Assembly (NCBI GenBank): GCA_019247335.1
Contig: JAFAPB010000075.1
Span: 1-43,667 of the forward strand
From: Candidatus Kaiserbacteria bacterium
Lineage (GTDB): Bacteria; Patescibacteriota; Minisyncoccia; Phycocordibacterales; UBA2100
DNA length: 43,667 bases
Reading direction: 5' to 3'
The stretch's first letter is position 1. Each line of letters starts with the position of its first letter. A model generated the notes under the pieces. The model ran no database searches. It was not told the origin of the DNA and was given only the letters and a program-made list of their open reading frames with translations. The position numbers and the translations under genes were made by a program. Below are positions 27,983-34,630 of this stretch, piece by piece.

Positions 27983-29125
27983 ATGTATCAAGAGGGGATC
28001 ATAATACGCATCGTACGAAAGATCGCTCATGCGCTCGGCAGCCTCGCGCTCCTTGCCGTTTTTGTGAGCGCCATCATCTTCGTCATCGTCTTTACCTATA
28101 AGGATGAGGCCTGTGGCGCGGGGACATTTCCGCCGTATGTCGCGACGCCGACACCCCGCCTCCAGCTTGCTGAAGCGCAGGACTATATTCGCAGCGAAGA
28201 GACGACCTTCATCACCTTCCCCGAGTGGTACATCGTCTACAGCGCGCGCGAATACGCCGCCTACGTGAGCGACGGTAACCGGCCGAGCCATTTCCCGTAT
28301 TTCCGATCGATCGCGCAGTTCTGGTGCGGCTACGGCGCGGTGCATTCGTATACGAAAGTCGCGTATCCCAAGGACTTTTACGGTAATCTCGAAATTTTTA
28401 CGATCGGTGCGAGCTTTTCGGTACAGAATCTCCTGCAGGGCGTATACGAAAATACCATCGGTCGCGTGAGCGAATTCTTTGCATTCGACGAAACGACGCC
28501 GGAGGATGTCTTTGCCCAAAAAACAGCCGTTGATTACGCGGCATTTCTCGATGTAACGCCGTGGTATCGCTATCCCTTCTTCGGCAAAATCGACGAGCTC
28601 TGGAAAACCGTGCCCGCTCGCGGACCGCACATGGTCCGCAAATGGGAACGGCGCTTCTACCTCACCGCGCTCTATAGCGTTGAGGGCCTCTGGAGCAAAG
28701 TGATCGCGAAGGCGACGGGCGATATCTACGCGCCCGCGACGGTCCAGGAAAAAATGCTAGTCGCGGCGCCGCTCCCGCCCACGCTCGCGAGCGATACGCG
28801 CATTCGTATCGACAAAGATCTCGGCGACGACACTGCGATTATCATCGTGCCGCGCTATCAGGAATTCACTGACATCGTCGAGAAATTCGCAGCCGCACAT
28901 GCGCCGATCCTCGATATCGCCGGTACGCGTCAGATACTGACGACCGCATTTTCTCCCGCGGCGATGCATTATGATCTCCCGGGGACGCTGCTGTTCACGG
29001 AGCAGGTCCTCACGGATCCTGCACGAGAGCGGCTTGGCATCGTCGTACCGGTCAGCGACCTTGAGACATGGGTGCGCGCGGCGTCTTCGAGCGGTCTCAC
29101 CATCGAACATATCTATGATTTCTAA
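27983..29125 (+). CDS. Membrane-anchored hypothetical protein
   Basis: 380 aa with an N-terminal TM (LGSLALLAVFVSAIIFVIVF) and protein-like composition. Confidence 0.65.
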   Translation: MYQEGIIIRIVRKIAHALGSLALLAVFVSAIIFVIVFTYKDEACGAGTFPPYVATPTPRLQLAEAQDYIRSEETTFITFPEWYIVYSAREYAAYVSDGNRPSHFPYFRSIAQFWCGYGAVHSYTKVAYPKDFYGNLEIFTIGASFSVQNLLQGVYENTIGRVSEFFAFDETTPEDVFAQKTAVDYAAFLDVTPWYRYPFFGKIDELWKTVPARGPHMVRKWERRFYLTALYSVEGLWSKVIAKATGDIYAPATVQEKMLVAAPLPPTLASDTRIRIDKDLGDDTAIIIVPRYQEFTDIVEKFAAAHAPILDIAGTRQILTTAFSPAAMHYDLPGTLLFTEQVLTDPARERLGIVVPVSDLETWVRAASSSGLTIEHIYDF

Positions 29126-30143
29126 AATCCTCCGCTGGTTTTTGTACGCGCTCCTCGCGACCCTTGTCGCACTCGCACTCCTTGGAGAGTTCTTTTATCT
29201 CGCCGCAGAGCGGCGGGAAATCGCCGACAATCATACTGCTGCGCCCGCGTACGGCCGCTTCGTGAAAGCGGGCGACGTGAATCTCTACATTCAGGAATGG
29301 GGACCGTCGACCGGCACGCCGATCGTGCTTGTGCACGCGGCCGGTGGCTGGAGCGGTGTTTGGCAGACAACGGGCGAGGCGCTCGCCGCGCATGGCTATC
29401 ACGTGATCGCGCCGGACATGCCGCCGCTCGGATTTTCGGATCGGCCGGACTCGCCGCGCTATTCGCGTGCCGATCAAGCGGCGCGGCTCGTCGCGCTTCT
29501 CGATGCGCTCAAGATACCGCGCGCCGTTTTTGTGGGGCATTCATTCGGCGCTCGCGCGGTCGCGGAGGTCGCGATTAATAATCCCGATCGCGTCTCCGGC
29601 ATTGTCTTCGTCGACGCGGCGCTCGGCCTCCAGAGTACGAGCTCGCCGCTTCTCGCCGATATCCTCGCGCCGAAAATAATACGGCGCGCGATCACGGCGG
29701 CGACGCTCTCGAATCCCGCATTTACTAAAACGCTCCTCGATAAATTTGTGGCAAATCCCGACACCGCAACTCCGGAGTGGGTGAGTATCTACCAGGCGGC
29801 ACTCAATGTGAAAGGAACAACGAACGCAACCGCGGATTGGCTGCCAACGCTCGTCGCCGAGCAGGGCCAGTTCAAGAGCAAGGATCCGGCAAATTATCGC
29901 GCGATCAAAGCGCCGACTCTGATCCTGTGGGGCGAGGCGGATAGCGTGACGCCGATTTCGCAAGGCAGATTCCTCGAATCGCTTATCAAAGGCGCGCAGT
30001 TCCAGAGTATTCCGGCCGTCGGCCACCTGCCACCGATCGAAGTCACGAAAGAATTCGACGACGCGCTCCTGAAGTTCCTCGATACGCACAAAACGCTTCT
30101 CGCCAAAGGCGCCGCCTGCGCGCCCGGCGTCATGTGCAGCTGA
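29115..30143 (+). CDS. Membrane-anchored alpha/beta-fold hydrolase
   Basis: Internal ATG gives MISKILRWFLYALLATLVALALL. Contains HAAGGW, the nucleophile elbow GHSFGA and a C-terminal VGHLPP. Confidence 0.8.
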   Translation: MISKILRWFLYALLATLVALALLGEFFYLAAERREIADNHTAAPAYGRFVKAGDVNLYIQEWGPSTGTPIVLVHAAGGWSGVWQTTGEALAAHGYHVIAPDMPPLGFSDRPDSPRYSRADQAARLVALLDALKIPRAVFVGHSFGARAVAEVAINNPDRVSGIVFVDAALGLQSTSSPLLADILAPKIIRRAITAATLSNPAFTKTLLDKFVANPDTATPEWVSIYQAALNVKGTTNATADWLPTLVAEQGQFKSKDPANYRAIKAPTLILWGEADSVTPISQGRFLESLIKGAQFQSIPAVGHLPPIEVTKEFDDALLKFLDTHKTLLAKGAACAPGVMCS

Positions 30144-31736
30144 TCACGCGCCGTACGTCTCGTACCACGTGTTCGTAAAAAGATTCTGCGGGTCGATCGC
30201 TTTTTTGTACGAGAAAAATGCGTCGATATTCGGATATGCCGCCTCCAATTGCGCCTTCGAATAGTAGAGCTGATACGGCAGGAAAAATTTGCCGCCCTCC
30301 TTGTGCGCCGCATCGATCAGCTCCTCCGTTACTTTTTTCATCTTCGCATTGCCCGCATTGTCGGTTTTTTGATTCAAATACAAGACGACCGAGAACGCGT
30401 CCTGCGGCGCGTAGTTGAGCGCGATATTTTCTTTGTGCACGACGCGGATCGAGACGTTCAGTACGTTCGCATTATTTTTTTGGAAGATCGTCTTCATGTC
30501 AGCGATAAATGGGAGGATGTTCGCGCGCGGGATGAAATATTCGTGCAGGATGTCGGTATCATCGACCAGATCATTCTTCAGATACGGCACGCTGTCGTGC
30601 ATGGGCTCGTTGCGCGAGACGAGGCAGCCCTCGCCGCTTTTCTGCGCGTCGTTGCGCGAGATCTCACAGCTCTCTAGTTTCGGCTCGATATATTTTTCGC
30701 TCCACCACTTCAAGGTCGCGGGGATAGGGCCGAGCTTTGCGAGGTTGATGGTGAGGCGCCGCAGCGGGATCGAAGAAACTTCGTGCAACGGAGGCGATTT
30801 GAGGGGATCGAGATCGGTTTTTGTGTAGGTGTAGAGGATGGCCTCATCTAATAGAGAGCTCGGCGCGGTCGAGAGATGCGCATAGAAGAGCCCGATATCG
30901 GGTTTTTTCTCAATTTGCGCCCACGCGGCAGGGAAATCGTTCGTCTGGATCGTCTGGCGGCCTGATTGATAGATCACATTGTCGACCACGTCGATCTTGG
31001 CATCGAGAATGACGCCGAAAAGCCCGTACCCGCCGACGATGTGCCGGAAGAGCTCCGCATTTTCGCTGGGCGAGACGGTCGTGATCTCGCCCGAGGGGAG
31101 CATGACACGCATCGAGCGAATGGTGTCGGCGACCGAGCCGGCCTGGTGATCCATGCCATGCGCGTTGACCGAGATCGAGCCGCCGACGGTGAAGATGTCG
31201 GTCGATTGCATCGCCTTCACCGCAAAGCGCGGATGCAGATAATTCTGGATGTCGTGCCACGTCGCGCCGCTCTGCACGGTCAGGATTTTCGTATCGGCAT
31301 TCACGCTCATCGATTTGTAGTCGCGCATGTCGACGACGAGCGCATCTTTGGCGAATGCCTGGCCGCCCTGGCTGTGCCGCACGCCCGCGATCGATACATG
31401 CAGTCCGTGCGCCTTGGCGAACGAAAGCGCGCGCGAAATATCCGCCTCGCTCTTCACGCTCACCATTCCGTAGATCGCCGTACGATCGAGACAGCTTGAA
31501 TCGTTGATGGTGCCGCCGCGCTGCTCCCAATCGAGCGCGGGATCGAACGCCGTGTTTTTCATATCCGGCACCGCCTCGCCGGGGTTGAGCGGGGGACAGT
31601 CCTTCTCGCCGACGGGCCCGGCGGCATAGTAAATGACCTTCTTGATGAGGAATCCGATGATCAAAAGGAGGATCGCGAGCGTGATCACGAGCTTCCGCGA
31701 AAATCGGCGCGCCTTGCGGACCAGCTTTTGAGCCAT
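30144..31736 (-). CDS. Membrane-anchored FAD-binding (PCMH-type) oxidoreductase
   Basis: N-terminal TM, then an FAD_binding_4-like region (ISIAGVRHSQGGQ, GGSISVNAHG). The ATG at 31736 has TACAAT 6 nt upstream; an alternative GTG is at 31772. Confidence 0.8.
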   Translation of the reverse strand: MAQKLVRKARRFSRKLVITLAILLLIIGFLIKKVIYYAAGPVGEKDCPPLNPGEAVPDMKNTAFDPALDWEQRGGTINDSSCLDRTAIYGMVSVKSEADISRALSFAKAHGLHVSIAGVRHSQGGQAFAKDALVVDMRDYKSMSVNADTKILTVQSGATWHDIQNYLHPRFAVKAMQSTDIFTVGGSISVNAHGMDHQAGSVADTIRSMRVMLPSGEITTVSPSENAELFRHIVGGYGLFGVILDAKIDVVDNVIYQSGRQTIQTNDFPAAWAQIEKKPDIGLFYAHLSTAPSSLLDEAILYTYTKTDLDPLKSPPLHEVSSIPLRRLTINLAKLGPIPATLKWWSEKYIEPKLESCEISRNDAQKSGEGCLVSRNEPMHDSVPYLKNDLVDDTDILHEYFIPRANILPFIADMKTIFQKNNANVLNVSIRVVHKENIALNYAPQDAFSVVLYLNQKTDNAGNAKMKKVTEELIDAAHKEGGKFFLPYQLYYSKAQLEAAYPNIDAFFSYKKAIDPQNLFTNTWYETYGA

Positions 31737-31850
31737 GTATTTATTGTATCGCCTATCCACAGTTCTATACACGACTAATCCCCGCGATATCCACCGTTTT
31801 AGACGATTTTTGTAAAACGGCTGTCAAGTGAAGATGAGTACTATTTGAAG

Positions 31851-32083
31851 TCCGACCACTTTACCGTGCGTCGGCGGGATACGGGACGGGCGAAAGCCCC
31901 GACAGGATCCCAATTCCCTGAGTCTACGGAGCCATGCGCCCGGGACATTGCGGGAATCGTCGGTCGGAGCATTGGATTTGAATGCACCAGCGGCGGGAGG
32001 AGATGACATCAAGCACCGTTGCGCCTTCGAAGACTCATAACGATCGAAAGCAGAAGCCGCCTCTTGGGGCGGCTTCTGTCTTT
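31851..32083 (+). ncRNA. Structured-RNA candidate, family member 1 (unknown family)
   Basis: Closing helix TCCGACC (31851-57) / GGTCGGA (31962-68). Box CTTTACCGTGCGTCGG (31859-74). GAAA-tetraloop hairpin at 31888-99. Conserved 27-nt block at 31949-75. 11-bp hairpin at 32051-78. No credible ORF. Confidence 0.45.
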
Positions 32084-32092
32084 ACCGTGCGT
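32080..32092 (+). repeat. Orphan copy of the 13-nt RNA box CTTTACCGTGCGT
   Basis: Identical 13-mers at 31859-31871, 32080-32092 and 32251-32263. This copy sits directly after the first hairpin and marks the left edge of the AT-rich block. Confidence 0.7.
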
Positions 32093-32132
32093 TACTTCGC
32101 ATTGTATAGACGTATTTTTCGCAAAAGCGAGT

Positions 32133-32168
32133 TATGCACATATTTGTGCACAGCTCTATGCACATGAT
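32133..32168. promoter_or_regulatory. Three 12-nt-phased TGCACA sites (operator/iteron-like)
   Basis: TATGCACATATT | TGTGCACAGCTC | TATGCACATGAT. The centre unit contains the perfect palindrome TGTGCACA. Confidence 0.35.
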
Positions 32169-32243
32169 TTCCAAACGTTATCCCCGAAAAAATCGTTTTC
32201 GCGCAAAATGCGCGCGCAAATCGCACTTTTATACTCTTCCTAT

Positions 32244-32486
32244 CGATGCGCTTTACCGTGCGTCGGTCGGTCCAAGGGTCCCGCAGCAATGCGACTTCCT
32301 AAGGATCAGTTCCCAGGATCTAATGCAAGGCGAAAGCCTTGCGGACGGTGCGGGAATAGGCGGCGAGAGCATCGGGTTCGTGTGGGCGAAGCGGGGAGAT
32401 CATATCAAGACGACTCGCGCTCACGAAACGAAACATAATCGCCGTAAACACAAAAGCCTCCCTCGCGGAGGCTTTTGTGTTGTGGG
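32244..32486 (+). ncRNA. Structured-RNA candidate, family member 2 (unknown family)
   Basis: TATACT at 32230-35. Closing helix CGATGC (32244-49) / GCATCG (32369-74). The same box at 32251-66. GCAA-tetraloop hairpin at 32282-93. Second GAAA hairpin at 32275-92 of the next line block (GCAAGGC-GAAA-GCCTTGC). 27-nt block at 32349-75. 14-bp hairpin at 32448-80 followed by TTTTGTGTTGT. Confidence 0.45.
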
Positions 32487-32535
32487 CGCTTAACTCTTTG
32501 CATGTCGCCATAAAATATATGATGATATCGTAACT

Positions 32536-33564
32536 ATGGCTGTTAATAACCTAGCCATGCTCGAAGAATATAAGAGTTTGCAGCTTCTATATGCTGACTT
32601 CGCTGAACGCCTGAAATCAATAGCAAAAGATATTCTTGACCTGAACGAGATAAATATCGTGTCGATTGAAGCTCGTGCAAAATCCACAGACAGTCTAAAA
32701 AGCAAAATCGAAGCACGAAGTGAAACGTTACAAGAACTAGTTGATATTAAGGATCTCGCGGGCGTTAGAGTTATTGCGTTGACCCGAGCTGATGCCGAAA
32801 AGATTGAAGAACAGCTCAGTGCTTGCTTTGATGTTGAGGAGAGTACGGACGAGGGTGCGCATGAGCTCGACAAAATAGGCTACAGATCAAAGCACCTCGT
32901 AGTCTCGTTACCAAATGAACGGTGTGCGCTACCCGAGTATAAAAAATTTAAAGGACTTAAAGCTGAACTACAAATCAGAACGGTACTTGAGCATGCATGG
33001 GCACAAATCGGCCATGATCAGGTTTACAAGCAGAGCTCAGTATTGCCGGAAGAAATACGTCGCGATTTTAATCTACTCGCTGGTCTATTAGAAATAGCCG
33101 ATAAACAATTCAGCCGACTAACCGGTGAAATATCGCGACAAGAAAAAAATGTTGCTCAAAAAACACGGCAGGGCGACCTTAATATCCCGATCGACTCCAT
33201 ATCATTACGCGGTTTCCTAAGCGAAAAATTCAAGGGACTTTCAAATCTTGATCCCCGATTTGGCCCGCAAGATAACATGGCAGAGGAAATCATCTCGGAA
33301 CTCAAGGCCATGGGCATAAACACTCTCCAGGATTTGAATTCCGTAATCCCAGAGGACTACAAGGAGAAAGCGCAGGCGTTAAAAGAATATAATAATTTTT
33401 GTGGAATAACTCGAGATATCATGATCATTCACGACGCAAAAAAATATTTTGAAGGTCCGTGGAAAAATAAATGGGCCTGGGGTAGAGATGAGGGACACAT
33501 ACTGTCCTTCTATGGTATTGATCGCAATGAATTAGCTAAGAAATATCAGGATCTTGAGTCTTAA
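32536..33564 (+). CDS. Stand-alone RelA/SpoT-homologue nucleotide pyrophosphokinase (small alarmone synthetase-like; toxSAS/CapRel-like candidate)
   Basis: 342 aa. Ordered synthetase motifs ARAKSTDSLKSK, DLAGVRV, GYRSKH and ELQIRTVLEHAWAQIGHDQVYK. No HD hydrolase domain. ~150-aa C-terminal extension. Markedly lower GC than the flanks (38% in the first 60 nt, counted by hand). Confidence 0.85.
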   Translation: MAVNNLAMLEEYKSLQLLYADFAERLKSIAKDILDLNEINIVSIEARAKSTDSLKSKIEARSETLQELVDIKDLAGVRVIALTRADAEKIEEQLSACFDVEESTDEGAHELDKIGYRSKHLVVSLPNERCALPEYKKFKGLKAELQIRTVLEHAWAQIGHDQVYKQSSVLPEEIRRDFNLLAGLLEIADKQFSRLTGEISRQEKNVAQKTRQGDLNIPIDSISLRGFLSEKFKGLSNLDPRFGPQDNMAEEIISELKAMGINTLQDLNSVIPEDYKEKAQALKEYNNFCGITRDIMIIHDAKKYFEGPWKNKWAWGRDEGHILSFYGIDRNELAKKYQDLES

Positions 33565-33582
33565 AAATCTTGATCTTCAAGA

Positions 33583-33660
33583 CTAAAGAAGCTTAGGCTT
33601 ATCTTCAGGTACTGAAATGCCGATGTGTTCGTAGTCTTTTTGGTGACAATACGGCCGCAT
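33583..33660 (-). pseudogene. Frameshifted remnant of a ruvB 3' end
   Basis: 33619-33656 aligns to ruvB 34667-34705 with 34 of 39 columns identical and one 1-nt indel. The minus-strand reading retains ..YEHIG...LL-stop, as in the real RuvB C-terminus (..KKGYEHIGAEPPKGQTQLL). Confidence 0.6.
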
Positions 33661-33669
33661 AAATAGTGC

Positions 33670-33695
33670 GCCCGGCGAGGGTGGCCTCGCCGGGC
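33670..33695 (-). terminator. Hairpin downstream of the HExxH gene
   Basis: GCCCGGCGAGG-GTGG-CCTCGCCGGGC, an 11-bp stem. The minus-strand tail GCACTATTTAT is only moderately T-rich. Confidence 0.45.
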
Positions 33696-33701
33696 TGGTT
33701 G

Positions 33702-34586
33702 CTACGCGACCGCTTCGATCGCGGCTGCGACTTCGGCCTCAATGTCGCAGGTGAGCAGTGCGGCTGCGAGCATCGAGAGTTCATCGCGGCCAGCGGCGCC
33801 GATGGATTGCATGATCGACTCGATCTTCGCGGCGCGGAAGCGTTCGACCCACGTGCGCTCCATCAGGATGTCCGTCGCGTCGAAGTACGCGCCATACAGA
33901 TCCTTCCAGACCTGCGCGTGGTCGTCTTCGATGTCGCCGAGCCGCTTCACGAGCGCACGCGCGAGCCATACGGCTTTGCGATACAGCGCCCACTCGGCGT
34001 CGGCCTCGATCTGCTTGAAGTACTCGGCGATCAGATCAGGATCGGCGAACGTCGGATCGAAGTTCAGATACTCGCGCATCACCTCGCGGGCGAAGCACTC
34101 GGTGAAACCTTCGCTCAAGAAGAAGTTCGATCCGGCGATCCAGGGTTCTTCCGGCTGGAACCATTTCGGGAAGTCCATGCCGATGTACTTGTAGAAGCCG
34201 CAGATCTCCATGGTGAACTTCACTTCGATGCCGTGCACCCGCGTGGTGCGTGGCTCAAAGGTCCGCGTCTTTGCGATCTTGTGCACCCGCTCGTGGATCA
34301 CGAGATTGAGCACGATGAGATCATGCGGCGCGCCCTGTTCGACGCGTTCGTCGATGCCGGGAGTCAGCAGCCGGTACCCGTCTGGTTGGGCATAGCCCGA
34401 GATCAGCCGCCCCGTGCGTTTGTCGATCACTCGCTGTGTATCGAGATAGGCGCGCTCGCTCGGAAAACGTCCGAAGTCGAGCTCGTAGCGCCGCTCGACG
34501 ACGTGGTACGCACGGAGGAGCTTGTCCTCGTCGATGCGCTCAAGAACTGCGCGCAGCCTGTCGAGACTACTTAGAGGTCCAGTCAT
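33702..34586 (-). CDS. Hypothetical protein with an HExxH (HERVH) motif
   Basis: 294 aa from the ATG at 34586 (GGGGG 6 nt upstream); an alternative TTG is at 34622. Balanced amino-acid composition, unlike the antisense 33666-34574 ORF. Motif LVIHERVHKI. Confidence 0.6.
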   Translation of the reverse strand: MTGPLSSLDRLRAVLERIDEDKLLRAYHVVERRYELDFGRFPSERAYLDTQRVIDKRTGRLISGYAQPDGYRLLTPGIDERVEQGAPHDLIVLNLVIHERVHKIAKTRTFEPRTTRVHGIEVKFTMEICGFYKYIGMDFPKWFQPEEPWIAGSNFFLSEGFTECFAREVMREYLNFDPTFADPDLIAEYFKQIEADAEWALYRKAVWLARALVKRLGDIEDDHAQVWKDLYGAYFDATDILMERTWVERFRAAKIESIMQSIGAAGRDELSMLAAALLTCDIEAEVAAAIEAVA

Positions 34587-34630
34587 TGATACCCCCACAT
34601 TGCTGCGCGGGATTATGCGCAATTATCGAT

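Noticed and set aside
32093-32250. MITE-like element flanked by a 13-bp target duplication
   Set aside because: There are no convincing terminal inverted repeats (only about a 9/12 match, and offset), and 13 bp is long for a target-site duplication. A recombination junction seems as likely.
31859-32376. Possible ykkC-type (guanidine/ppGpp/PRPP) riboswitch, because ACGGTGCGGGAATAGGCGGCGAGAG resembles ACACGGCGGGATAAAAGCCCGGGAGAG
   Set aside because: The other ykkC elements (CTAGGGTTCCG, GGTCCGAGAG) are absent in unit 1 and out of order in unit 2, and the P3-type hairpin cannot form. I keep it only as a search to run, not as a call.
31773-32535. tRNA, tmRNA, RNase P RNA or SRP RNA in this and the other gene-free regions (1-578, 35636-35993)
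   Set aside because: I found no T-arm (GTTCRANYC) with a matching stem, no GGAAAGTCCGG-type RNase P core, no SRP GGAA-tetraloop helix 8 motif and no tmRNA ends. This was only a visual scan.
33666-34574. 302-aa plus-strand ORF opposite the HExxH gene
   Set aside because: Its composition (R/L/V/D/H/G-rich, few K/Y/F/W) looks like a high-GC antisense frame. The minus-strand frame has balanced composition, an SD-like site and a downstream hairpin.
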